64,000 nt of DNA from Octopus vulgaris (lineage: Eukaryota), in the NCBI GenBank assembly GCA_951406725.2, contig OX597825.1:49786001-49850000 (forward strand). The letters are read 5' to 3'. Numbering within the stretch: the stretch's first letter is position 1; each line of letters begins with the position of its first letter. Under the pieces are notes generated by a model that saw only the letters and a program-made list of their open reading frames with translations, was not told where the DNA came from and made no database searches. Shown here piece after piece: positions 1 to 14,323 of this stretch. The translations under genes and the position numbers were made by a program.

Positions 1-490
1 AGTACAGCTAGTACTTATTTAATGTACTTATCTTCTTCGAAGTGATTTTTTTACACACAATATATTACATATATAGGCAAAAATGTAGGGAATGAGACAT
101 GCGTAAGTATTGGAGACAAACAGAACTAAATGAAATTAATGTAAAAGATACGATATTTAGAAACATATTAAATATGTCCCTCGAGATGATTGCTTACATT
201 CCATTTCACACATTCAGTTACAAGTTCTTCATTCTCCGAAAGTATTCTTTATTACAGATTTTCTTTACTTTTATAATTCTCTTTTCACCATATCCCACTA
301 TGCTTTCACCACATCTAATTATTTTGATATTTCATTACCGTTAAAGATTCATACCATTTTTTTCATTTTTCATGATTTTTCCCCTGCCTTTGTTTCCATC
401 GAAGCACATTACTAGATGCGGAGTGACATTGTATTGCTTCTAATAAATAGTTTATTTGTTTGCACATAGAAATCCAGCTAATGCTTGTTA

Positions 491-724
<234 letters not shown>

Positions 725-727
<3 letters not shown>

Positions 728-2430
728 TAGTTTTATTTTTATATCGTGTTTTCACTTCACTACGGAGCACTGCTCTGTGTGCCTTGGGTATGTGCTGTGG
801 TTTGTTGTGATGCTCTTATGGTTACTGTATTGAAATTGTTTTGCGTAGGATGTGTGCAGTGCCTAGTAGTGCAATTTTCTGTATGTTATATATATCTGTA
901 AGTCCTGGTGTTTTTGTTATGTATTTGTCTGAATATTTTTTATCGTACCTAATGCGCCTGCTATGATAGGAATTGCTTCCGGTTTTAGATTCCACATTCG
1001 AGTTACCTCTATTTCCAGGTCTTTGAATTTTTAATGTTTCTCCATTTCATTTTAGAGGAACGTTGGCATCTGCTGGTATTGATACATCAATTAGAAAGCA
1101 TTTTTTCTTCATCATCTCTGACAACCATATCTGGCCTATTGGCCTTCATTTCTCTATCTCTGTGTATTGGCATATCCCAGAGTATTGATACATCAATTAG
1201 AAAATATTTTGTTTCTTCATGATCTCTGACATGTATATCTGGTCTGTTGGCCTTAATTTCTCTATCTGTGTGTATTGGCATATCCCAGAGTATGGTTGCT
1301 TTCTCGTTTTCTGTGAGCTTTTCTGGCGTGTGCCTATACCATCTTTTCCAGTTGTTATTCTATAATGTTGGCATAGCTTCCAGTGTATGTCGGCCTCAAC
1401 TCTATCATGTCTGTGATTATGTTCCTTCTTAGCCAGGACTGGGCAGCCAGAGATAATATGATTTATTGTTTCTTCTCCATATCCTCATATTCAGCTGTTA
1501 CTTGTATTTCTTTTCATTATATGGTTTTGGTAAATTCTGGTAGGGAAGCTTTGATCTTGTGCTGCATTTAAAAATCATTCAGTCTCTGCTTTGAGTCCTG
1601 AGCTTCTCAACCATTTTTGAGATTTTGTGTTGTCTATAACATTTCTGTTTAGTTTAACCCAGTATTCGACATGAAGGGGCTTTCTTTGCCATTAGTTGAT
1701 CATGATCCGTTGCTATTCCAGTTTTAGTCTGGAGTTCAGTTGTTAGGTACTACGACTTCTTTTTTGTATTTGCCAGCTTCCTTAAAACTGAAAACAAGTT
1801 TTTGTTTTGTTAGTGTCTCCTTTCTTCTGAAGTAGGCATTTCTGTAGTCCTATGGTGGTTGTTTTTAAATATCTTTGTACATTTATAGGGCCTCTACCAC
1901 CTTCGATACCTTGTATATATCACCTTTCCGTCAGATTTTGGGTGGTGCATCCTAAATTTTGTCCTTATTTTTCTTGATTTCCTGTGTATCTTGATTAGTT
2001 CCTTTAGAGTCCAGTTAGAGTCTAGTTAAAGACTATTTAGAGTCTAGTTGTCCTCTTGTCGAGGTTGCTTTGTTTATTTGCCATGTTTAGTTTTTGGTAA
2101 ATCCATGTACTGACTATAGTAATATTTCCAGCTGTTTTTTCATTTATAGCGTACAGTTTCAGATCATCCATATACAGGAGATTAGAGAGAATATTGAGAG
2201 AATATTGGAATATTGGAATAATTAGAGAGAATATTGGAATATTGGAATATTCCTCTTCTAATGGGGATGGATTTGGTTTTCATGAGCCCCTCTTTTCTCT
2301 GGAGTTGTAGCACTGACTGCCATTTATTCATGGAATTTTTTATATATTTTATGATTATTGGTGCTACCATGTCCATGGCTAGTGTTTCTAGGATACACGT
2401 GTGGGGAATATTATCAAAAGCATTTCAGTA
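725..2430 (-). mobile_element. R4/Dong-type RLE non-LTR retrotransposon, 5'-truncated and decayed (family A)
   Basis: Minus-strand peptides WDMPIHTDREIKANRPDI..LIDVSI (PD..D endonuclease), YMDDLK, KSIPIRRGIFQ and KAFDNIPH; 3' end abuts (TAA)n; same family as 52385-53402. Confidence 0.88.
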
Positions 2431-2440
2431 ATTAGGCTGT

Positions 2441-2461
2441 TTATTATTATTATTATTATTA

Positions 2462-2547
<86 letters not shown>
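2441..2547. repeat. (TAT)n microsatellite
   Basis: Direct reading. Confidence 0.97.
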
Positions 2548-2555
2548 GATTAACC

Positions 2556-2933
2556 GAGCAGTGCATGCTATCAAAGTGACACTGATAGGTGTACAACAGA
2601 CACATGCATCACAACCATGGTGCGAGAAATTGTGACCTCATATCAAGATATACAGCGCATGCTCTTGCAATAGGTGGCCAATTTAGAATTTTCTTGAGTT
2701 CGAGTAGTCCATCCTGCTCAAAAGTTCCTTGATTAAGGTTTGTTTAAGAATGTTGAACGAAACACCTGTTTCCAGAAGTGAATTATCGGGACACCGAAGT
2801 ATTCTTCTCAAGACATGTCTATGATGCTCCTCTACTACTTCTGCTCGTGATCAGAGATGTACATCTTGTCAGCCACCAAGGACTAGTTAAGGTCAGCTAC
2901 TGACAAGGAAATGTGTGGTAATGAGTAGAATAT
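2556..2933. mobile_element. ORF-less (TAA)n-embedded interspersed repeat, copy 1 (partial)
   Basis: Aligns by eye with 3046-3568, 41906-42501, 60055-60497 and 62450-63088. Confidence 0.85.
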
Positions 2934-2990
2934 TATTGTTGTTGTTGTTGTGGTGGTGGTGGTGGAGGTTGTTGTTGTTATTATTATTAA

Positions 2991-3045
<55 letters not shown>

Positions 3046-3568
3046 GAGTGAGGGAGTAGTTCATGCCATCAAGGTGACACTGTGGTAAAATATACGAAGC
3101 CCAGTATACCCATCATAACTACCCGTCTGATAAGGGTACACATGTGCGCGACATGGTGATCTCATATCGAGATAAAGAGCACATGACCTTGCAGGTGGGG
3201 TCCAGTTAGAATTTTCTTCTGATCGAGTAACCCATCCCGCTCAAAATGTCCCTGAAGAAAGGTTGTTTAAGGATGTTGAACGAAACACACATGTTTCCAA
3301 AGGTGAATTAGCCAAACCTCTAAGAATTCCTTTAAACACACGGCCATGATGCTCCCCCACTACTTCTGCTCGTGATCGGAGATGTACATATCGTCAGCCA
3401 CTAAGGGACATGCTCAAGTGGTTAAGATCAAACAACTGACAAGCAAATCTGTGGTATTGTGCAGAATATTTGCTGTAGCCCATCTTTTATACCAAGACAA
3501 AACAATGTACATAATAATACTTCCAATCAGTTAAGATCAGAAGCCTTGAGAGCCACTGCCTGGTACTG
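3046..3568. mobile_element. ORF-less (TAA)n-embedded interspersed repeat, copy 2
   Basis: gagtgagggagtagttcatgccatcaaggtgacact...gagagccactgcctggtactg, flanked on both sides by TAT arrays. Confidence 0.9.
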
Positions 3569-3614
3569 AATTATTATTATTATCATCATCATCATCATCA
3601 TTTTTATTATTATA

Positions 3615-6400
3615 GCCGCTATACTGTGAAGTCTAGGCAACTTAGAGCTCCGCAAACTTTGAGAGTTTATGAATCACTTCAACTGCTTAAAACTAGTTCA
3701 ATCATTTATTTTGTAATAACCTCACTGCTGATATTGCCTGAATCACGATGGTAATATTTCCGACTAATCGCCTCATCTTTTGGAGGTGCAACTCAGTGGT
3801 ATTTTATTTTGAATTTCTTGTTAAAACAAATATTTCAAAATGTTTCAAAACATCTGCTACTGATTTACCGATTGATAACAGAGAGAAAGCATCCTATCCG
3901 CCCTCTTCTTTCCATGTTTCTCGATATACACAATCTATCGGCATCGATTTTAGTCTGCAACTCCTTGTTTACTGTTATCTTTTTTCTCGTCTTTCTAATC
4001 ATTTCTTCAAGCTCATTCTTTGTCCATCTAACAACACCAGAGCCAGCGTCGCAGATAAAACACTTCGTGAGTTTTTTACACATTCTGTACATTTTGAATT
4101 TAAATACCTAAATCCAGTTGAATTCAACTTTGCCAACCATATTTTCGTAGTCGATAAAATACAGCCCCATTAAGAACTAGTATAAATAGAAGCTTTTACT
4201 GTATGTTTAAGCTATGTTGCTCAATATTGTCTTTTGTTTGACTGAGAAATAATTTGCTACCAACATCTAAGTTGTATTGTCTGATTTGTTTAGTTCTCTG
4301 TTCCGTTTGATTACCGCGTACAATAAGTGCAATGTAATTGATCTTATTCTAGTGGAAGATGTTAGTGCAGACATTGTGTTATGTTGGTTATGAATTGCAG
4401 TTGTTTTGCAATGAATATATAGGATAGACATTTTATTCACTGTGTATAATGATGTACATATACTTTACCTTTTAGAATTTTGTTAGTTTTCTTCTCTATC
4501 ACACCCACTATACTAATTAGAGAAAACATCGAGTCTATTTCCTGAGTTGCTCGTAAGTTTTGACAGCTTTTCGACTTTATTCGTATGATGTTTCCATCTA
4601 AAGGAATCGATATACATCTGCATATATTTTCCTTCCTGTTTGTTATTCGCTTTGATTTTGCTGTCAGAGTGGAGAGGTAGGCCACTCATTATTAAAGCCC
4701 AGTCATTATCACAAACTGCGTTTGTTGCATATTAGTATGGCGGTATTCTCAGATTCCACGACATATAGATCATCACTCAATGTATTTAGCTGTCTACTCG
4801 CTCATGTCTCTGGATATATTCTTTGCAAAGTATAGACATCCGGTAATGAAGTGGTCAATTGATTTTGTGTCCGTATTGTGAATTCTGTTGTTGACTTCAG
4901 TCTTTGGTCTTTTATTTTTTATTAGTAACTTTTGTGAATAAACATTGATTTTGCGGAACTAAAATTAAACTCTCCGTTCTGTCTTTATTAGAGAGCTTTT
5001 CAGCTATTGCCGTGTCTCTTATTACTTCGTGGTTTTGTGTTCCAGTTTTACTTTAATAGATAATTCAATCCCGCTTTGATTGAATATTTGTATTTTCACA
5101 TTATGTCTTGTTTTGGACCGTCTAATCGTCTTTCATTTCTGTTTTAATGAATTTGGCTGCTCTTACTGTAACTTTGGTACATTTGCCTGATCCAAACTAA
5201 ATTTTGATATAACAATTGAATTGCAATGCAGTTGGCGCTTCACTCTAATAATGTAAAGTGTGATAATTTGGGGTGTCATTTGCTAATAGACTCAGAATTA
5301 CACAGAAGAGTAGTATTTCTGACATATTAGTTCCTTTTTTTATGTGACGGGCTGTCATTTAAGTACAATCCACTTTTATTGCACGTTGTTATTGGTTTGT
5401 TCTTCCATATGTACATATTAATGTTGATATATTATCTTAATAATGGATGACTCTCCTGCGTTTCTAATAAGGAAGAGCTTTGTATGTTATCAACGTATAT
5501 TTGATAATTAATTTATACATATGAAAGAAGATTAGTTTCCCTTTTTGTTATCTTCAATAATTATTCGATTTCCCAATAGTTCCTCTTCACATTTATACCT
5601 CTCTTTTGGAGATATTTATCAAAACTTCCAATATTAGAGATTTTAATCTACACATCTTATCTCAGCTCTTTTCCAGCTCATCTTGTAAGATATTATTAAT
5701 TACTTTTACATTGCATTTTATCTTGATTTCGTAAAAAAAATTGGTATTGCACTCCCAATTTAGGGGTTCTTTATAATAAACACTTCTGTGTGAAAGCCTT
5801 TGCATTTCGCTTATATTTTCAGGAGATATTTGTTTCTTCTTAGCACGAATAATCTGCTCCTTTTCATTCTTATTAATACATCTTATTGTTCTTTGGTTTA
5901 TTATAATTATCACAATCTTGGTTAAAACACTGCCTTTATGAACAATAGGATAAAGATATTTTTACTCTGTTCTTTCTAGGTTGTCCTTATTCTATTCTGT
6001 TGTGTTATTTCGTTGAGTCATAAGCCTGGCGCTATTTACGTGTAGTGTCATCCTCATCTCGGGTAATGTTTTATTATGACATATTAAGTTCTGTTGTTTT
6101 ATTTACAAATTAGTTTGAGGGCTTTTTTGCCAAATATTTGATATCTGAAGGTGCATCTGCGTTAGGCCATCTAGTCGTTGTTGGTGATTAACTACATACT
6201 AACACAAGGCACTGAAATGGTTTTATGAAGTTGAGATGAAAAGTATTTCAGCAAGCAAACGAATGAATTGTCTGCGTTCCTGATCAGAGTTATAAGTTTT
6301 TCAGATTCGATTTGTTAAAATGTTTGCAGGAGGATATATAGGAAATGTTAGTTTCAAAAGCTTGCATCGATGCTTTACTTCTAACTGCATCTGTGATAAG
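3615..6400 (-). mobile_element. Very old R4/Dong-type LINE remnant
   Basis: Minus-strand GVVRWTKNELEEMIRKTRK and KIDADRLCISRNMERRG resemble the post-RT HPKSDVDRLY..R..GGRG motif; the rest is heavily decayed and boundaries are uncertain. Confidence 0.6.
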
Positions 6401-6792
6401 GTCGCGAACGGCTTTAAAATAGTAACACACATAGGCGGGATGAATTCTTTGTTAAATGTTTAAATGTTCCACTGATTATGTCATTTTGCCGTCTTATTCA
6501 CTGTAGATGATGAGACGAATTGTTAAAAGTAGCAATAAAAATCAAAATATACTTGGGACTACTTAAATTCATATCCCCCACCCCTTCAACTATCGCTAGA
6601 TCTCCTCATCGCCAGACCAGTTTCTGTATAACACTTTCGTAAGTGCTATTATATTTTCTAATCCTATGAATGAATAGAAAGCTGAATGCTACGTGCAATA
6701 GAATGTGATAGTATCTGTGGACTTAGCTGGACGATATGCTTTAAAGTTAGCGACTAAATTAAGAATGATATATAGAGTCGTAGGCATGCCAT

Positions 6793-7170
6793 AGGCGTAG
6801 TCGTAGCAGTGTGGTAAGAAGCTTCCTTCTCAACTACATTGCTCCGGATTCAGTCCCACTGCGTGGCACCTTGGGCAAGTGTCTTCTACTATAGACTCGG
6901 GCCGATTAAAGCTTTGTGAATGGATTTGGTAGGCGGAAACTGAAAGAGGTCTGCAGTATATACATATGTATGTATGTATTAGTGTGTGTTTGTGTTTGTT
7001 CCGCCACCAAACCGATATTGATGTGTTTACCTAGCGGTTCGGCAAAAGAGAACGATAGAATAAGTATTAGGCTTACAAAGACTAAGTCCTGGGATCGATT
7101 TGTTCGACTAAAGATGGTGCTCCAAAATGGCCGCCGTCAAATGACTGAAACAAGTTAAAGAATAAAAGAA
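6793..7170 (+). mobile_element. tRNA-derived SINE (family 1)
   Basis: tRNA-like head gtgtggtaagaagctt...ggattcagtccc and tail ggtgctccaaaatggccgccgtcaaatgactgaaacaag; inverse copy at 40950-41375. Confidence 0.85.
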
Positions 7171-7249
7171 TGTGTTGTAAGAGGAAATAGAATGGTAACA
7201 AATTTGGGTTGTAATAATGTTACAGAAATATGTATTATTGGCCAAACTA

Positions 7250-7652
7250 CAATATTCTTTTCTACCCGAGGCAGAAGACCCGACATTTTTGGGGAGGAGC
7301 CAGTCGATTAGATCGACCCCAGTACGCAAGTGGCACTTCATTTATTGACCCCGAAAGGATAAAAGGCAAATTCGACCTCGGCGGAATTTGAACTCAGAAT
7401 ATAAAGACACACGAACTACCTATTTCTTTTCTACCCACAAAGGGCCAAACACAGAGAGGACAAACAAGGATAGACAAACGTATTAAGTCGATTATATCGA
7501 CCCCAGTACGTAACTAGTACTTAATTTATCGATCCCGAAAGGATGAAAGGCAAAGTCGACCTCGGCGGAATTTGAACTTGGAACGTAACGGCAGACGAAA
7601 TACGGCAACGCATTTCGTCCGGCGTGCTAAAATTTCTGCCAGCTCGCCGCCC
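7250..7652 (-). mobile_element. Two nested or adjacent tRNA-derived SINEs (family 2)
   Basis: Two copies of the ccccgaaaggatgaaaggcaaagtcgacctcggcggaatttgaac core; cgaactac duplicated around the second copy. Confidence 0.85.
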
Positions 7653-8504
7653 TAGCCGAACTACACCATTGTGATGTAACTGAAATCAATGTACTTAAAT
7701 TCATTGAATGTTGAAAGTCTGTATGTACTAAATATAGTATTATGTGAATAATAATGGTTAATGATTTAAGCACAATGCCAGAAGTTTGAGGGGAAGTGGT
7801 CATTCGATATCATCGTCCTCAATACTTCACTGGTGTTTTTTTTTTGTCGACCATTGATGATATGCAAATCTAACCTCGGTGACATTTGAATTATGATCTT
7901 TGAGAGATGGAAGAAGTAAATCAGTTTACAGATCACCTTTTCAAGAAGTATTTTATGTTGACTTTATATTTCTTTTGAGAGTAATTTTTAAATGCTTTAA
8001 ATATTCATTAATTCTCTGAGGCGGTATTTACTCCATTATTTCAGCTGTCAAATTACACTCAGCTTTATGTCTACCTGGTTGACTGGCATTAATATATTTT
8101 AGTGTTTGCAGTCGTCTTTTATAATAAATATATACTTTATTTTTCAGTTCACGTGGCCTCTATCATCTATTGTTTCTGCTGTCCTTGAAGTCTATATTGA
8201 AATTATACAGTTATGTCAGTATCTATGTTATTAATGTTTTTAATAGTGGGATTTTCATTGATATTTTGCTAATTGATTCAAGTAGAAAAACGGCATTCAT
8301 TTTATTTTCTTTGCCCCGAATAAGACTTCTTTTTTTTTTTTTCCAATATTCTGGAAAGAACTTCTCGACATCCCTCAGCAAATATCAAATAATAATTTAT
8401 ACTTGCTCTAAATAGAATCGATAAATAACAGTTAAGCGCATCTCTAATTGATGAAAAACATATCAGATTAAGCTCCAGAAATTACAAGTACGTGAGACAA
8501 AATA

Positions 8505-8955
8505 CAGTGTCCCAGACTTAACTATCAATTTCCATAAAGCTGGGCAATTTTAAAATATGACAAAATTTTATGATTATTACTTAATTATGATCACAGAACA
8601 AATAGATTTATAAATCTTCAATAGGTGCTCCATCTCTATCCTTGCAAATTTCAAATCTGTCCTTAAGGTTGGCAAATACATTTTGAAGCATTTCAGGAGT
8701 TATCTCCTGCACTGCAAAACTGAATGCGTTCTTTATTTCAGCTAAATTGCTCCAGCCTAGGGATGGATGTAAAGAAAATGATTGGTGCTAAATTGAGAAA
8801 AAAAAGCTGGTGTGGACAGATGAGTGGGATGGAAGAGGAATGAAAATATAATTATAAAAGAAATTATGAAAACTATAAAATTATAAAGAAAAATGTGAGA
8901 TTTCCAAAAATTATCCGATTTAACTGAAATGGATTGTTAATTCTGGGACACCTTG
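8505..8955. mobile_element. Tc1/mariner-type MITE or internally deleted element
   Basis: Imperfect TIRs cagtgtcccagacttaactatcaattt / aaatggattgttaattctgggacaccttg, each flanked by TA. Confidence 0.8.
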
Positions 8956-10659
8956 TATAACATTTTTCCAAATACTGACTTATGCAACTAAAACATCAAC
9001 AACAGTAATGATTTCAAACATAAAGTAACAAAAGTTTAAAGTGCTGTGACTTTTTCCTTATTAACTTCGGGATCATGTGCAGTCACATATTAGACACAAA
9101 AGCCACAATCGAATTAGTAGAAAATTGAAATCATAATGTAAAGGGGAACAAGTAAACACCACAAGACATTTTACATTGAACAACAGATTCTCCTGCCTAT
9201 CTCCTTAAAAATATTATTATCTAAAATAAAAATAATCACTTCTATTATTATTACAACAATATAAAAGTATTATGGATATATGTACTCAATAGAACATGAG
9301 GTCTGTTTTCAATTACATTGACACTAACAGCTGCAATCTTCATGGCTTAATGAATTGTTGCCTCCCCATGGCAATGCCAAGAACTTAGAATAAGTTGGAG
9401 ACGAAACTGCATGTCATACATTAGAGCTCACCATCAATTATATTACTGTTGTTAGTCCAGTTGAAAATCAATGACCACGGTTGGACATGGTAATAAAAAA
9501 GGTACATCGGTAGATTTAACCAGGCAGCCTTTCTCTATCTGCAGGAGAATGATCTCTATTGAAGAGGCACTACCAGATATAGCCTGTCACTAATACTGGA
9601 ATTAATCCAAGATTCATCGGAAGCAGTGTGTCAGAAAAACATTTAATGAGATAAACTTGGAGACACACTAGATCTGGAAGCTCGTCATCACATTTTTATT
9701 TATAATGACATGGCGGCAAATTCGTGATATGTTCGAAGTGGAGATCATTATTCCAATCCACATGAGGGTATTTAGATTCGGCCCTTTATTACGGACAATA
9801 TCCGACCAAAGGGATATGTCAAATTGCTTAGACAAATGTCATTTATAGGAAAACCTGAGAAAACAAGTGAAATTCTATATGCATGCATGCATATATGGCA
9901 GGTGTTAATTAGCGAGTCAAAAATATTTTAAATGATAATTTTATATAATTTCTGAATACAATTTACATCACAGAGTATCCGAAACATCGATTCGTAAATT
10001 GAGGTTTAAGGGAGCATTCGTCAGCTTCGTAGAATGATTGGAAGACATTAATCATTACGGAATAGACATAGCATAACAAACGCGCTTCATATGGTATGAG
10101 ATTAGAACGAGGAACTTTTTCCATCTCTTTCTATCTCTACAGAAAAGGGAGAACCTACCAAGTTTATAATAAATTCTTGTCATATTGCTAATGCATATAT
10201 TAGCCTCTTATCCCGAAGAAGGTAAATTTAATACGCTTTTACCACACACTTAATAGAAATGCAAGTACAAAGAATTGAAACTGTCACCTCTTCTTGGGTT
10301 GTCTAATAGCATATTAACTTAACATCAGTCTCAACAAAATCCTCAATAGATTCTATATTATTCTACTATACAAAGCCCCTAAATTTATTTTCCGCAGTAC
10401 ATGACAAATATATCGTCGAACATTTCTTTACACTTCGATATTTTTCTCTTTATTCATCAACAATCGTGCCGCTCACTCCATTAATTCACAATATATGTCT
10501 ATGAAACTATATGATAATCAATTGATGTTTGCTCCGTTATTCCTCATTTATTTAAACAAATATTAATTATATTTGATTTAGGAATTTAAAGATTGTTATT
10601 TCGTGGCCTATACATATTTCTTCGGGGAATCTCCATTCCAGCAGAATGAACATATGTAT

Positions 10660-10698
10660 ATATACAATAATACATATACATATATGTATGTGTGTGTG

Positions 10699-10735
<37 letters not shown>

Positions 10736-10853
10736 TGTACATGCAGTTACATATGTACACAAATGTATATATATACATATTCACATACGCATAATACATA
10801 TTTGTGTGTGTGTGTGTTTGTGTGCGTGTACATACAGTTACACATGTGCACAA

Positions 10854-10916
<63 letters not shown>

Positions 10917-10970
10917 CATACATTCATACATACACACATATATATATATATATATATATGTACATATATC
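10660..10970. repeat. Compound (TA)n/(TG)n microsatellite with an internal ~110-bp duplication
   Basis: Direct reading; cagttacatatgtacacaaatgtata occurs twice with variation. Confidence 0.9.
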
Positions 10971-11149
10971 GTAGCACGGATTTATATATGAATATTTACA
11001 TTTGCATGTATGTGCTTGGAAATTTCTTTGTAAGTAGATGGATGTAGGATTTAAAGTGTATAGACATATGATATATGTGAATGCGTGTGTATATATAATT
11101 TATTTGCGTGTGCAAATAATTATTTCAAGTAACACAATTTTTATCCTGC

Positions 11150-13440
11150 ACAATAATATGCGCACTACCCCAACTCCTCCCCTACTCCTCTCCTTGCCTG
11201 ATATGCTTCTCCCACCCACTCCAACCCCCGTCCCTCCAAACCCCCGACACATACCCCCATCCCCTCCCTCCAAGTCTTCCACCATCCCACTACTCGTACT
11301 TCTATCCCATCCACTCCTCCACTTCAGTCTGTTGTTACCATCCCTCCAGATTTTCCTCTCTCTGAGGCGGAGCGCTTCCTCCTGAGTAGGGGTCTACGCT
11401 TCATCCCCCTCGCCTCATCCAGCAACGAATTGCGGACACGGGCCGATATCCACAGTTTCGTGCGCCGTATCAGGTCGTGTGCGCTTTCCGCGACACTCCA
11501 CCTTCATCTAACGAGGAGGACTGCTTCACCGACCTTGGCTGTTGACCATCCCAGTGGACGCCAGCTCCTGACCAGATCCGAACAGTCGATACTTTTACGG
11601 GCGCCTGCCAGCGCGCTGTGGAACGGTTCAACTTTTCCAGGCGTAACCGTCATCTGATCATCTCCCCAACCGAACTCTCGGCCCTTTGCCGCCGTTGGTT
11701 CAACGGCATGTTAGAAGCGTGTTGAATTGTGAACGAAGAAGCATGACTTTTTCTTTCTCTTCAACACATTCCAATCCGACACCGCACTGACATCATCATA
11801 AAACTCGCCGACAAGGGTGGAGCCGTGGTGGTTTGGCGCGCGGAATCTAAAACGCATACTGCCAACTTCAAGACACCTCTAATGCCCTCTGCCCTCCGAT
11901 CCCACGCCCAGCTACCAACAGACTGTGTCCTCCACAATCCATGACCTCATCTCTTCCTCTCACCGCCTTCCACCTTCCCCACCGCCTCCAACCTCATTGT
12001 TCGAATCCCTCGCACACCCACAATTTACTTCCTCACCAAAATCCACAAACCTAGCAACTGTGGCCGCCCCATCGTCTCCGCCTGCAACTGCCCCACCGAA
12101 CCCCTCTCCAGATACCCTAACCGTGTCCTTGCCCCCAGTGGCTCCCCTCCTATCTCACATCCATGACCCCAACCATGCGCTTCGTTTGTTCAACTCTTTC
12201 TCATTCCCTCCTGGCTCCTCTAAGCTTCTCTTGACTCTCGACACCCAGTGACTTTACACGTTGATCTCTTACCACGAGGGACTGCGTGCTCTCCAAAATT
12301 TCCGTGACCTTCGACCCTATCCCGAACCTGACGCATCCACACTCGTTCGTCTGGACGAACTTGTCCTCTCACTCAACTGCTTCTCGTTCACTGGTGATTT
12401 TCACTAGCAGTTCTCGGGAGTGGCCATGGGGAAAAGAATGGGACCCAACTATGCGAACCTGTTCGTTGGCTACGTTGAAGCCCAAATATTCTCAAGTTTC
12501 ACTGGTCCCACTCCCGAACTATGCTGCCATTATAGTGACGACTGTATCAGTGCGACCTCACTCTCCCGCGAACATCTAGACTCCTTCCTATCTTTTGTCA
12601 AATCTTTCCAGACTGACATCCACTTCTTCAGCACTATCTCTGATACTTCTTTCTCCTTTCTTCACATTTCAGTCAGCATTCATCACTCCACTCTCACCAC
12701 CTCTATCCACTACAAAAACACACAGACTCACACTCATACCTCAACTTCTCCTCCTCCCACCTTAAACACACCAAATCTCCATCCCCTATTCTCAACTCCT
12801 CCGTCTACGCAGGCTCTGCATTGACGACCATGACTTTGAGTCTCAGTCTCAACTCATGGCTCACCACTTCATCCTACGTGGATATCCTCTCACCACTATT
12901 CCCACCGCCCTTGCCAGAGCACGTCCCGTGGACCGTGAATCTGCTCTCTCCTCCCGCACCTGCCCCACTGTTTCGCGTCTCCCATTCCCTCACCTACCAA
13001 CCCACCACCCTACCTCTGCACGCACCATTCTCCGAGCTTTCCGGCGACCCAGTCCGACACTTCCACTTCGCACATCTTCCCTAACCGACCCTTCACCTCC
13101 TTCAAACGAGCCCACAACCTACAAGACCTCTTGGTCCACAGATTCTTCCCTAACCCAACTTCCCAGCCCGGCTCATTCCTCTGCTCCCGCTCACGCTACC
13201 GCACTTGCCCTTACCTCTCCAACACCACCTTCCTCACAGGTACCCATCATCGACCGTATCATAATATCGACTGCTTCACCTGCACTTCTAGCAACGTCAT
13301 CTACTGCATCTCCTGTTCTCTTTGCCTTTCTCTATACATCAGACAAACGGGACGTCGCTTGGCTGACCGGTTCGTGGAACACCTCCGAGACATTGACTCG
13401 GCAGTGACACCCCAGTCTCGCGCCATTTCCGCTCTACTGA
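11150..13440 (+). mobile_element. Penelope-like retroelement (Neptune-like), decayed RT + GIY-YIG
   Basis: ADKGGAVVVW, KIHKPSNCGRPIVS, GVAMGKRMGPNYANLF, YSDD, CSRSRYRTC linker and NVIYCISCSLC..LYI.QTGRRLADRFVEH; multiple frameshifts. Confidence 0.92.
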
Positions 13441-13554
13441 CAGTATAAGTACTAAGTTCACATTCACTAAGTCGAGGGGTTCATTTGTTCGACTAAAAGC
13501 GGTGCTCCAGCATGGCCGAAATCAAATGGTTGAAAAAAGTAAACGATTATATTC

Positions 13555-14116
13555 ATATATATATAATAAAACTATAGGGATGGTTGTGTGTACCCGAAAT
13601 ATCTCAGAAGAAGTATATTTTTAACTTAATTTGTTTTGCATAATTATTTTCTTACTTACCTTCGGAATTGCAGTACAAATTTTAGTGACATTGGGATCGC
13701 TATTTGTTAATGAAAACTAGTAAACACAATTTTTGTGTATAATCGTGACGTCAATACTCATATACACATTCAGAATATACGCACATATAATGAATGTCAT
13801 GGGGTGTCAATCAACACACACACATAGGCTTCGGGACCTCCAAGAAAAATAATCGTCGAATTTTTGACATACACAATATTTTAATCACTCAGAAAATTTT
13901 TAAATGAATGTGATTTTTAAAATGTAAGCTGTTTGTAGTGTAACTATTTATGTTTTAGCTTTCTTTAAACAGACAATATTTTAATGTATTTTGAATTATT
14001 TTCAGGTCTTTAATTTCCGTAAAAAAATTTATTGATTTACTTTTCATTTAAAGTGAAAGAGAGAAGAAAGAGGAAGATATATGTACGTGTATATGAAATG
14101 GGCGCGTGTGAGCGAA

Positions 14117-14151
<35 letters not shown>

Positions 14152-14287
14152 GTGAAGATGATGTGTTGCCATGTATACATACACACAGCAATTCGTATGC
14201 GTACATTTTTTTGTATGTGCGTGCGCATGAGAGAAAGGTAAACTGAGAGAGTAAGAGAACCTTTTTGTTCTCATCTATGTGTAAGTG

Positions 14288-14323
<36 letters not shown>

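Noticed and set aside
9040-10500. Possible very old PLE (weak GIY-YIG-like ..LREH and ccgaaga)
   Set aside because: Too decayed to support boundaries or identity
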